Below are positions 19,029 through 28,178 of a stretch of 64,000 bases of DNA, piece after piece. A program made the translations under genes and the position numbers. The notes under the pieces were generated by a model. It was not told the DNA's origin, did no database searches, and worked only from the letters and a program-made list of their open reading frames with translations. Location: NCBI GenBank assembly GCA_965211995.1, contig OZ243040.1, positions 1,100,249 through 1,164,248 of the forward strand. The letters are read 5' to 3'. This DNA comes from Candidatus Oxydemutatoraceae bacterium (lineage in GTDB: Bacteria; Pseudomonadota; Gammaproteobacteria; Poriferisulfidales; Oxydemutatoraceae). How positions within the stretch are numbered: the first letter of the stretch is position 1; the number at the start of each line of letters is the position of its first letter.

Positions 19029-22000
19029 TCAATAAATCAAACGCACGTCGCGGACGCCGGCGAGACTTTCGACGCGGCGGAACAATTCGCCGCAAGGCTT
19101 GATCCGCCAGCCTTCCCCGAGCGCGAGTTCGGTGCGGGCGCCGGCGGCCGTCTTGAGGCGCACCCGCACCGGGCATCTGCCGTCGGCGACGAACGGCTCG
19201 AGCAGCGCCTTGAGCCGCGCCGAAAACCCGGCGGACAGCGTCGCCGCGTCGAGGCTGAGCGCCAGCGATTTGGCGAACCTGAGGCGCGCCTGGTCGAGCG
19301 TGAGCACGCGCTTCGCGTACCAGCGGCTGGTCTCGCGCACCACGTCGAAAAGTTTGCGGCCCTCGACCACGACCACGCCTGCGTGCGCAAGCACGGCGCC
19401 GTACTCGGCGTAGTCCTCGTCGTACATCCTGAACGTGACGCGCTGGCTGCCGTCGTCGAGCATGAACACCGCGCCGCGGCCGCGCTGCCCCTTGCGCTTG
19501 ACGCCGACGATGACGCCGGCGAGGCGATGCATCGGCGCCTGATTGCGCGGGCCCTTGAACGCCGCGATGCCGGCTTCGTCGCTCAAGCGCCACCCGACCA
19601 TGCACCGCAGTTCCCGTTCGCACCGCGCGACCGGATGCTCGCTCAGATAAAAGCCGAGCACGCCTTTCTCGAGGTGCAGCAGACGTTCGCGCTCGTCGCC
19701 GTCGGGCGCTTCGCCGAGGCCCTCGCCGGGCGCCGCGGGCAGCGCGGCGTCTGCGCTTTCGCCCGCGCCGGCGGCGTCAAACAAGCCGTCCTGCCCGGCG
19801 AGTTGGTCGCGCGCGCACGCTTCGGCGCGGCTGTACACCGCGTCCAATCTGCGCAACATTCCGGCGCGCGTGTGCCCGAGACCATCGAGCGCGCCGGCGT
19901 GCAGCAACGGTTCGATCACGCTCTTCCTGACCTTGTGCGGAATTACGCGCACGCACAGATCCATCAGCGACTGATACTCCCCGCCCGCCGCGCGCTCGTC
20001 GAGAATGCACTGCACCATCGCGGTGCCGACGGTGCGCACCGCACCGAGGCCGTACACGACGGTGGCGTCGTCGAGCACCGTGAAGCCGCCGTGCGAGCGG
20101 TTCACGTCCGGCGGCTTGACCGCGAGCCCCATCGCGCGGCATTCGTACGCCATCTCGACAACCTTGTCGGTATTGCGCATGTCCGCGGTCAGCACCGCGG
20201 CCATGAACGCCGCCGGGTGATGGGTCTTGAACCACGCGGTCTGATAGGCGATCAGCGCGTAGGCGGTCGAATGCGCCTTGTTGAAGCCGTAGCCCGCGAA
20301 GTGCTCGATCAGGGTGAAGATGTGCACCGCGATGCGGTGCTCGACGCCGCGCGCGACCGCGCCGCTGACGAAGTCGTTCTTCTGCTTGTTCATCTCCTCG
20401 GGCAGTTTCTTGCCCATCGCGCGGCGCAGGATGTCGGCGGCGCCGAGCGTGTAGCCCGACAGTTCGCGCGCGATCTGCATCACTTGCTCCTGGTACAGGA
20501 TCACGCCGTAGGTCGGGCGCAGGATCGGCTCGACGCTCGGGTGCCAATACTCCACCGCCGCGCCGTGCTTGCGCTTGATGTAGTCCTCGACCATGCCCGA
20601 TTGCAACGGGCCCGGCCGGTGCAGCGCGAGCAACGCGACGAGGTCCTCGAAGCGGTCGGGCTTGAGGCTTTTGATCAGGCTGCGGATGCCGTCGGATTCG
20701 AGTTGGAACACCGCCCGGGTCGCGCCGGTCTGCAGGAAGCGGTAAACCTCGGCGTCGTCGAGCGGGAGTTTCTCGAGCACGACGTCCTCGCCGGTGTAGT
20801 CCTTGACGATGTCAACCGCGCGCTGGAGCACGGTCAGCGTCCTGAGGCCGAGGAAGTCGAACTTGACGAGGCCGATGGTTTCGAGGTCTTTCATATCGAG
20901 TTGGGTGAGCACGGTCGGGTCTTTGTATTCGCAGTACAAGGCGGTGTATTCGGTCAGCGGCTGCGGCGAAATAATCACGCCGCCGGCGTGGGTGCCGGGG
21001 TTGCGCACCAGCCCCTCGAGGCGGCGGCCGATGTCGAGGATCTCCCGCGCCTTGTCGTCGACGCGGTACTGCTGCTTGAGTTCGGGCGACTTCGCGAGCG
21101 CTTCGTCGAGCGTGATGTTGAGGTCGTCGGGGATCAACTTGGCGAGTTGGTCAACGTAGCCGTAGGGATTGCCGAGCACGCGCCCGACGTCGCGCACCAC
21201 AATGCGCGCGGCGAGGCGCCCGAAGGTGATGATCTGGCAAACCTTGTCGCGCCCGTAACGCTCGGCGACGTACTCGATCACCCGGTCGCGGTTGTCCATG
21301 CAAAAGTCAATGTCGAAGTCGGGCGGCGAGACCCGCTCCGGGTTCAGGAAGCGCTCGAACAGCAAGCCGTACTCGATCGGGTCGAGTTCGGTGATGCCGA
21401 GCGCGTAAGCCGTGAGCGAACCGGCGCCCGAACCGCGCCCGGGCCCGACCGGGATGCGCTGCTCCTTCGCCCAGCGCACAAAATCGGCGACGATCAGAAA
21501 GTAGCCGGCGTAACCCATGCGCAGGATGATGTCGAGTTCCTGTGCGAGCCGGCGCGCGTAGATCTCGCCGGACTCGAGCACGTCGGCGCCGAGCCGGCGC
21601 TTCAGCCCCGCGTGCGCCTGCGCGGTCAGGTGCCGCTGCTCGGTCACGCCCGGCGGCAACTCGGAGTCCGGCAGCAAGACGTCGCCGTGCTCCAGAAACA
21701 CGGTGCAGCGCCTGGCGATCTCGGCGGCGTTGGTCAGCGCCTCGGGCGCCGGCGAGAACAACTCGCGCATCTCGTCGTCGCTTCTGAAATACTGGCGGCG
21801 GCTGTGGCGGCGCAGGCGCGCGGCGTCCTTGAGGGTGTAGCCGCCCTGGGCGATGCACACGCGCACCTCGTGCGCGTCAAAATCGCCTTCTTCGAGGAAA
21901 CACACGTCGTTGGTCGCGACCAGCGGCAACCGCGCGCGCGCCGCAAGCGGCAGCACGCGGTTGAAATAAGCGTTCTCGCCTTCGCGTTCGGTGCGGTACA

Positions 22001-22550
22001 CCTCCAGGTAATAGCGCCCGGGAAAAACGCGCTTCCAGAACTGCGCCGCGGCGGCGGCTTTGGCCGCGTTGCCCGCGAGCAGATGACGCCCGACGTCGCC
22101 GCGCACGCCGCCCGACAAGATAATCAAGCCGGCGCCGTATTCCTCGAACCATTCGCGCCGCGCCAACGGCCCTTCGTACACCCGCCCTTCCAGATAGGTG
22201 CGCGTCACCAACTGCGTCAGATTGCGGTAGCCGGCGTTGTTCATGCACAAGGCGACGACCGAGCAGAAATCCTCGTCGCCCCTTCTGACGACGGGGGCGC
22301 CGGGGACGCAGGCGGCGGGCGCAGCGGCGTCGCCGTCGAGGAGCAGCCTGAGTTCACAGCCGATGATCGGCTTGACGCCGTGCTTGACCGCGGCGTGATA
22401 GAACTTGACCGCGCCGAACAGGTTGCCGACGTCGGTCAGCGCCGCCGCCGGGGCGCCGACGGCGGCGGCGTGCGCGGCCAAGTCCCCGACCCTGAGCAGT
22501 CCGTCCGACAGCGAATACTCGGAGTGCAGGTGCAGATGGACGAAACTCAC
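19029..22550 (-). CDS. dnaE: DNA polymerase III alpha subunit
   Basis: 1173 aa. PHP domain start (M)SFVHLHLHSEYSLSDG. GTGA overlap with the rnhB stop. Confidence 0.97.
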   Translation of the reverse strand: MSFVHLHLHSEYSLSDGLLRVGDLAAHAAAVGAPAAALTDVGNLFGAVKFYHAAVKHGVKPIIGCELRLLLDGDAAAPAACVPGAPVVRRGDEDFCSVVALCMNNAGYRNLTQLVTRTYLEGRVYEGPLARREWFEEYGAGLIILSGGVRGDVGRHLLAGNAAKAAAAAQFWKRVFPGRYYLEVYRTEREGENAYFNRVLPLAARARLPLVATNDVCFLEEGDFDAHEVRVCIAQGGYTLKDAARLRRHSRRQYFRSDDEMRELFSPAPEALTNAAEIARRCTVFLEHGDVLLPDSELPPGVTEQRHLTAQAHAGLKRRLGADVLESGEIYARRLAQELDIILRMGYAGYFLIVADFVRWAKEQRIPVGPGRGSGAGSLTAYALGITELDPIEYGLLFERFLNPERVSPPDFDIDFCMDNRDRVIEYVAERYGRDKVCQIITFGRLAARIVVRDVGRVLGNPYGYVDQLAKLIPDDLNITLDEALAKSPELKQQYRVDDKAREILDIGRRLEGLVRNPGTHAGGVIISPQPLTEYTALYCEYKDPTVLTQLDMKDLETIGLVKFDFLGLRTLTVLQRAVDIVKDYTGEDVVLEKLPLDDAEVYRFLQTGATRAVFQLESDGIRSLIKSLKPDRFEDLVALLALHRPGPLQSGMVEDYIKRKHGAAVEYWHPSVEPILRPTYGVILYQEQVMQIARELSGYTLGAADILRRAMGKKLPEEMNKQKNDFVSGAVARGVEHRIAVHIFTLIEHFAGYGFNKAHSTAYALIAYQTAWFKTHHPAAFMAAVLTADMRNTDKVVEMAYECRAMGLAVKPPDVNRSHGGFTVLDDATVVYGLGAVRTVGTAMVQCILDERAAGGEYQSLMDLCVRVIPHKVRKSVIEPLLHAGALDGLGHTRAGMLRRLDAVYSRAEACARDQLAGQDGLFDAAGAGESADAALPAAPGEGLGEAPDGDERERLLHLEKGVLGFYLSEHPVARCERELRCMVGWRLSDEAGIAAFKGPRNQAPMHRLAGVIVGVKRKGQRGRGAVFMLDDGSQRVTFRMYDEDYAEYGAVLAHAGVVVVEGRKLFDVVRETSRWYAKRVLTLDQARLRFAKSLALSLDAATLSAGFSARLKALLEPFVADGRCPVRVRLKTAAGARTELALGEGWRIKPCGELFRRVESLAGVRDVRLIY

Positions 22551-23206
22551 GGCGACGCCTCCGTGCGCACGCCGGCTGCCGCGTCGAGCCTTTCCCTGAC
22601 GGGGCGGTAGGATTTTCTGTGCGCGTCGCAGACGCCGTACCGGTCCAACTTGCGAATGTGCTCCCGGGTCGGATAACCCTTGTGTGCGGCAAAGTTATAC
22701 ACCGGATAATGCTCGTGCAGTTGCAGCATCTCCCGGTCTCTTTCGACTTTGGCGACGATCGACGCGGCGCTGACGACTTCGACGCGGTCGTCGCCGCCGA
22801 CCACCGCGCAGCAAGGCAGATCGAGATCGGGCACGCGGTCGCCGTCCACCAGCACCAGGTCGGGCGTCACCGCGAGCGCCGCGAGCGCACGCGCCATCGC
22901 GAGCAAACTCGCGTGCAGGATGTTCATCTCGTCTATCTCCGCGACCTCGGCGCGCCCGACCGCACAGGCCACGGCCTCGCGCCTGACGGCGCGGTGCAGA
23001 CGGACGCGGCGAGCGGCGCCGAGTTGCTTTGAATCGCGGTATCTGCGCGGGCGCCGCGCGCGCGGCAGGATCACCGCCGCCGCGATCACCGGGCCGGCGA
23101 GCGTGCCGCGCCCGGCTTCATCCACGCCGGCGATCATCTCGGCGTCGAAATCCGGCAGCGCCTCGCCTTTGGCAAAAAATCTTTTCGCTGTCGTGTTCAC
23201 TGCCAT
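22547..23206 (-). CDS. rnhB: Ribonuclease HII
   Basis: AGVDEAGRGTLAGPVIAAAVIL and KDSKQL-like motifs. Lies upstream of dnaE. Confidence 0.93.
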   Translation of the reverse strand: MAVNTTAKRFFAKGEALPDFDAEMIAGVDEAGRGTLAGPVIAAAVILPRARRPRRYRDSKQLGAARRVRLHRAVRREAVACAVGRAEVAEIDEMNILHASLLAMARALAALAVTPDLVLVDGDRVPDLDLPCCAVVGGDDRVEVVSAASIVAKVERDREMLQLHEHYPVYNFAAHKGYPTREHIRKLDRYGVCDAHRKSYRPVRERLDAAAGVRTEASP

Positions 23207-23291
23207 AGCCCCTGTCGCCAGGCGTTATCATAGGCCGACCGTCGCCGCGGGAATCACGCCGCGGCGACGGTCGGCAATCCCTCGAAAACCA

Positions 23292-24209
23292 ATGTCAACT
23301 CTCAACTGCGGCGTCATCGGAACCGGCTACCTCGGCAAATTCCACGCCGAAAAGTACGCGCGCATCGCGGATTGTGAACTGGTCGCGGTCGCGGACGTCA
23401 AAGAACAAACGTGCCGCGAAGTCGCCGCCGAACATTCTACCGCGCCCGTCGCCGACTACCGCGAACTGCTGGGGAAACTCGACGCGGTCAGCGTGGCGAC
23501 GCCGACCGCGACGCACCATCGAATCGCGCGCGACTTCCTCGAAAACGGCGCGCACGTATTGGTCGAAAAACCGATGGCGGCCTCGCTCGACGAAGCCGAC
23601 GAATTGATCGAGGCCGCCGCACGCAACCACAGGCTGCTGCAGATCGGGCACCTCGAACGCTTCAACCCAGCGCTGCTCGCGCTCGGCGAGGCGCCGCTCG
23701 ACCCGGTGTTCGTCGAAAGCACGCGCCTGATGCCGCTCACTCAGCGCGACCAGGGCACCTGTGTCATCCTCGACCTGATGATCCACGACCTCGACATCAT
23801 CCTGAACCTGGTGCCGTCCGAGATCGCCGACGTCCGCGCCAACGGCGCCGAGATCCTGTCGCGCGGGGTGGACATCGCCAACACCCGCATCGAATTCGTC
23901 AACGGCTGCACCGCCAACGTCACGGCGAGCCGCATCAGCCGCAAGATTGAACGCAAACTGCGCCTGTTCAAAAAAGACAGATATTTCTCGATCGACCTGT
24001 ATCACAACCGCTGCACCACCTGCCGCAAGGGCGGCGGGCGCGACGTCGAATGTGACGAGCGCTCGTTCCCCGAGGCCGACGCGCTGCGGGTCGAGATCGA
24101 ACATTTCCTCGGGTGCATCCGCGCCGGGCGGCAACCGCTGGTCGGCGGCCGCGAAGGACGCCGCGCGCTCGACGCCGCGATCCGCGTCGCGGCCGCGCTG
24201 GCGCGCTGA
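23292..24209 (+). CDS. gnnA: Gfo/Idh/MocA-family NAD oxidoreductase, candidate UDP-GlcNAc 3-dehydrogenase (GnnA-like)
   Basis: From the ATG at 23292 the product begins MSTLNCGVIGTGYLGKFHAEKY (Rossmann fold). Lies directly upstream of a DegT aminotransferase and lpxB. The function is inferred from this context. Confidence 0.7.
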   Translation: MSTLNCGVIGTGYLGKFHAEKYARIADCELVAVADVKEQTCREVAAEHSTAPVADYRELLGKLDAVSVATPTATHHRIARDFLENGAHVLVEKPMAASLDEADELIEAAARNHRLLQIGHLERFNPALLALGEAPLDPVFVESTRLMPLTQRDQGTCVILDLMIHDLDIILNLVPSEIADVRANGAEILSRGVDIANTRIEFVNGCTANVTASRISRKIERKLRLFKKDRYFSIDLYHNRCTTCRKGGGRDVECDERSFPEADALRVEIEHFLGCIRAGRQPLVGGREGRRALDAAIRVAAALAR

Positions 24210-24241
24210 GCGCCGGCGTTAATGATCTGGCGCCGGTAACC

Positions 24242-25339
24242 GTGTCCACGCCGATCCCCGCTTTCGACCTGAGCGCACAGCACCGTGCGCTGTCCGCCGA
24301 GATCAACGCGGCAATCGCGCGGGTGTTCGACAGCGGGCGTTTTATATTGAGCGGCGAAGTCGCGGCGTTCGAGCGGGAAGCCGCAAAGTTCGTCGGCGTC
24401 CGCGCGGCCGTCGCCTGCGCTTCGGGTACCGACGCGCTGCATCTCGCGCTGCGCGCGGCGGGGGTCGGCGCGGGCGACGAAGTGATCACCAGCGCGTTTT
24501 CGTTCATCGCCACCGCCGAGGCCGTGCTGTACGCGGGCGCGACGCCGGTGCTCGCGGACATAGACCCCGCGACGTTCACGCTCGACCCGGCGAGCGTCGA
24601 GACCGCACTGTCGGCGAAAACCCGCGCGATCGTCGCGGTGCATCTGTACGGGCATCCCGCCGACGTAGATGCACTGTCGGCGCTCGCCGGGCAGCACGGC
24701 GCCGTATTGATGGAGGACTGCGCGCAGGCATTCGGTGCGCGCCGCGACGGGCGCTGCGCGGGGGCGATGTCGCGCGCGGGCTGTCATAGTTTTTTCCCGA
24801 CCAAGAACCTCGGTGCCTGCGGCGACGGCGGCCTGATCACGACCGACGACGAAGACCTCGCCCGCCGCGTCAGGCTGCTGCGCAACCACGGCAGCCGCGG
24901 CGGCCCGCGCCACGAGATCGTCGGCTACAACAGCCGCCTCGACGAACTCCAGGCCGCGATCCTGCGCGTGAAACTCAAGCGCGTTGAAGCTTTCAATCAA
25001 CAGCGCCGGCGACTCGCGGCGGTTTATACCGCTGCCTTGCAGGGGCGGGTGCAAACCCCGGGATGCGCCCCGGGGTGCGAGCACGCGTTCAATCAGTACA
25101 CAATCCTGTGCGCGCGCCGCGACGAGGTCGCTGCGGCACTCGCCGCCGCGCGGATCGGCAGCCGCGTCTATTATCCGGTGCCGCTGTCCGAACAACCTTC
25201 GCTGCGCGGCGTCAGCCGCAGCGTCCATTGCGGCCAGGCCGCGCGCAGCGCACGCGAGTGCCTGTCGCTGCCGATGTTCCCCGAGTTGCCGGCGCAGGAC
25301 GCCGCGCGCGTCGCCGCCGTGATCCGGGAAACGCACTAG
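24242..25339 (+). CDS. gnnB: DegT/DnrJ/EryC1-family PLP aminotransferase, candidate UDP-3-keto-GlcNAc transaminase (GnnB-like)
   Basis: Product (M)STPIPAFDLSAQHRALSAEINAAI...ASGTDALHLAL...SFFPTKNLG. The GTG at 24242 is the chosen start. The track ATG at 24113 would overlap gnnA by 97 nt. Confidence 0.7.
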   Translation: MSTPIPAFDLSAQHRALSAEINAAIARVFDSGRFILSGEVAAFEREAAKFVGVRAAVACASGTDALHLALRAAGVGAGDEVITSAFSFIATAEAVLYAGATPVLADIDPATFTLDPASVETALSAKTRAIVAVHLYGHPADVDALSALAGQHGAVLMEDCAQAFGARRDGRCAGAMSRAGCHSFFPTKNLGACGDGGLITTDDEDLARRVRLLRNHGSRGGPRHEIVGYNSRLDELQAAILRVKLKRVEAFNQQRRRLAAVYTAALQGRVQTPGCAPGCEHAFNQYTILCARRDEVAAALAAARIGSRVYYPVPLSEQPSLRGVSRSVHCGQAARSARECLSLPMFPELPAQDAARVAAVIRETH

Positions 25340-25371
25340 CCGCGCCCGTGCCTCCCCGGACTTACAAGATC

Positions 25372-26508
25372 ATGCTCGTCGCGGGCGAGCCGTCGGGCGA
25401 CATGCACGCCGCGGACCTGATCGCAGCGCTGCGCGCACACGCCGGCGGCAAACGTTTCGACTGTTTCGGCATGGGCCTCGGCGCCATGCGGCGCGCGGGG
25501 CTGCGCCGCCTGGTGGACGCCGGCGACCTGGCGGTAGTCGGCTTGTTTGAAGTCGTCGCGCACTACCCGAAACTCAGGCGCGCCTACCGCCGCCTGGTGC
25601 GCGCGCTCGAGGAAGAAGCGCCCGATCTGCTGGTGCTCGTGGACTACCCCGACTTCAACCTCAGGCTCGCCGCGGTCGCGCGCCGCCTCAAAGTGAAAAC
25701 ACTCTTCTATATCAGCCCGCAGGTGTGGGCGTGGCGCGCGGGGCGCGTCAAGACAATCGCGCGCCGCGTTGACGCGATGGCGGTGGTGTTCCCGTTTGAG
25801 GAAAAGATCTACCGCGACGCCGGCGTTCCCGTGCGTTACGTCGGACACCCGTTGGTGGACCGGATGCGCGATCTGCCGGCGCGCGGCGGCGGCAAAGGCG
25901 GCAACCGGGGCGGCAAAAAAGTGCTGCTGATGCCCGGCAGCCGCGTCGTCGAAGTGCGGCGGCTGCTGCCGGTGCTGTGCCGCGCCGCCGTCGGGATTGC
26001 GGCGCGCACGCCCACGGTGCGCTTCTCGCTGCCGCTCGCGCCCGGCCTCCCGGCGGCACTCATCGCACGGCACTTGCGCAAGCACGGCCTCGCCTGTGAA
26101 GTGATCCGCGACCATCACGAGGCGGCGATGCAAGACTGCGACCTCGCGCTCACCGCCTCCGGCACCGCCACGCTGCAACTCGCGCTGTGCGGCACGCCGA
26201 TGATCATCGTCTATAAGGTCTCGTGGCCGACCTACGTGCTGCTGAAACGGCTGGTGACGACGCCGCGCATCGGCCTGGTCAACATCGTCGCGGGCAAAAC
26301 GGTCGCGCCCGAACTGATCCAGGGCGCCGCCAACGCCGAGGCGATCTGCAATGAAGCGCTGGCGTTGCTTGAAGACGAACGACGCACGCAGGAGATCAAG
26401 CGCGACCTGGATAAAGTGAAACGCGCACTCGGCGACGGCGGTGCCGCGGAAAATCTCGCGGGACTGGTGCGGGAGATGGTTGGCGCCGAGGCGGCGGCGA
26501 CCCGGTGA
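25372..26508 (+). CDS. lpxB: Lipid-A-disaccharide synthase
   Basis: MLVAGEPSGDMHAADLIAALRA matches the LpxB N-terminal signature. The in-frame GTG at 25348 is an alternative start. Confidence 0.9.
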   Translation: MLVAGEPSGDMHAADLIAALRAHAGGKRFDCFGMGLGAMRRAGLRRLVDAGDLAVVGLFEVVAHYPKLRRAYRRLVRALEEEAPDLLVLVDYPDFNLRLAAVARRLKVKTLFYISPQVWAWRAGRVKTIARRVDAMAVVFPFEEKIYRDAGVPVRYVGHPLVDRMRDLPARGGGKGGNRGGKKVLLMPGSRVVEVRRLLPVLCRAAVGIAARTPTVRFSLPLAPGLPAALIARHLRKHGLACEVIRDHHEAAMQDCDLALTASGTATLQLALCGTPMIIVYKVSWPTYVLLKRLVTTPRIGLVNIVAGKTVAPELIQGAANAEAICNEALALLEDERRTQEIKRDLDKVKRALGDGGAAENLAGLVREMVGAEAAATR

Positions 26509-26660
26509 GGCCATTCCGTTGCACTGCGCTTTTCAGTTTTTTGCCGGAGCAGGTTATAATTTTTCGTTTTTACCCGATGCAATCAGCGCACCGACAGTTT
26601 CCCCGGCGACTGGCCCGGCGACCGGGCGCCCCGCCCCGCGCGGAACCTGCAAAAGCCGCT

Positions 26661-27104
26661 ATGAATTCAGATCTAACCGCGCCACCGCCCGCAAGCCCGC
26701 TGCTGCAATTTTTCCGCTACGCCATTGTCGGCGGGATCGCCACCGTTGCCGATCTCACGGTGTTCGCTTTTCTGGCGCAGCACCTCAACTACCTGCTCGC
26801 GACGACGGCGTCTTTTCTCGCGGGAACGACGGTGAACTTCTTTCTGTGCCTCAAATTCGTGTTCCGCTTGAAAGGACATTCGCCGACCGAGGCGTTATGG
26901 AGAAAATTTCTGGCGAGCGGTTTATCGCTGGCGGTGAACCTGCTTGCAATGTTCGTCATGGTGGACGTTCTGGCGTTCGAGCGGATGAACTTCGAGACGT
27001 TCGGTTCAGTTGACGGTCTGTTGCTCGCAAGAATCCTCGCTATCGGCCTGGCTTTTTTCATCAACTTTATGCTGACAAAATACTACGCGTTCCGGGATTA
27101 TTGA
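26661..27104 (+). CDS. GtrA-family membrane protein (polyprenyl-phosphate-sugar translocase family)
   Basis: LLQFFRYAIVGGIATVADLTVFAFL...FLAGTTVNFFLCLKFVF, with 4 predicted TM segments. Start taken at the ATG at 26661. GC content drops from this point. Confidence 0.75.
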   Translation: MNSDLTAPPPASPLLQFFRYAIVGGIATVADLTVFAFLAQHLNYLLATTASFLAGTTVNFFLCLKFVFRLKGHSPTEALWRKFLASGLSLAVNLLAMFVMVDVLAFERMNFETFGSVDGLLLARILAIGLAFFINFMLTKYYAFRDY

Positions 27105-27129
27105 CGCGCAGTTCCCGTCAAGTGATGAT

Positions 27130-28068
27130 TTGATGTCCAGGACGATTTTAATCACCGGGGGAGCAGGATTTTTCGGCGGAATCCTGAAACGCTTCCTTTT
27201 GAAAAAAGGCTTTGCCTGCGTCTCCATTGATCTCGAGCGGGACGCAGATTCGCATACGCGCCTCAGTTCCGTTCAGGGCGACATAACCGACGCAAAAACG
27301 CTGGACGGCCTGTTCGGTTCAAGGAAGATAGACGCGGTTTTCCATTGTGCGGCGATGCTCGCCCATGAGGTAAAGGACAAAACCGCGCTGTGGCGGTCAA
27401 ACGTGGAAGGCACCGCAAACGTCGCCGGGATGTGCCGGAAACACGGCGTTGTAAAAGTCATCTACACCTCTTCAAACTGCCTGTGGGCGAAAAATTTCGG
27501 CCGGCCGGTTACGGAAAACGACGTCCCCGAACCGGCTGAGATCTACGGGAAATCAAAGTGGGAGGGAGAAAAGATCCTGCAATCCTTTTCAGGAGATTTT
27601 CATTCCGTCATTTTCAGGTGTCCGACGATCATTGACGCCGGACGGATCGGCTTGCTCGGAATACTGTTCGAATTTATACGCGAGGGACGCAAGGTTTGGG
27701 TCGTGGGAGACGGCGGCAACAGGTATCAGTTTATTTACGCGGGAGATCTCGTCGCCGCGTGCATCAAAGCCCTCGAACATGAAAAATCGGACGTTTTCAA
27801 TATCGGTTCGGACGGTGTAACTTCGCTGCGGGAAGTTTATGAGCACGTTATTTCCCGCGCCGGAACGCCGGCGCGCGTCGCCGGTCTGTCAAAAGGGCCG
27901 GCGATTTTTTTGATGAAACTGTTTCATTCGCTGGGGCTGTCCCCTCTCGGACCCTATCATTACAAAATGATCAGCGAAGACTTTATTTTCAACACTTCAA
28001 AGATAAAGAAAACTCTGGGATGGTCACCGACCATTGACCAATCAGCAAATGCTTCACAAGGCGTATGA
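27130..28068 (+). CDS. NAD-dependent epimerase/dehydratase (extended SDR), possibly frameshifted at the 3' end
   Basis: TGGAGFFGG glycine motif and YGKSK catalytic motif. The +1 frame continues as PLTNQQMLHKAYEFYIHDFESL... to a TAG at 28169-28171. Confidence 0.8.
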   Translation: MMSRTILITGGAGFFGGILKRFLLKKGFACVSIDLERDADSHTRLSSVQGDITDAKTLDGLFGSRKIDAVFHCAAMLAHEVKDKTALWRSNVEGTANVAGMCRKHGVVKVIYTSSNCLWAKNFGRPVTENDVPEPAEIYGKSKWEGEKILQSFSGDFHSVIFRCPTIIDAGRIGLLGILFEFIREGRKVWVVGDGGNRYQFIYAGDLVAACIKALEHEKSDVFNIGSDGVTSLREVYEHVISRAGTPARVAGLSKGPAIFLMKLFHSLGLSPLGPYHYKMISEDFIFNTSKIKKTLGWSPTIDQSANASQGV

Positions 28069-28178
28069 ATTCTATATCCATGATTTTGAATCTTTAAGCG
28101 GCGACGGCTTGTCAGCGCACAGACGAAGTGCCAAAATGGGGATTATCCGCCTGCTGAAAGCGATTTCGTAGAAACCGA

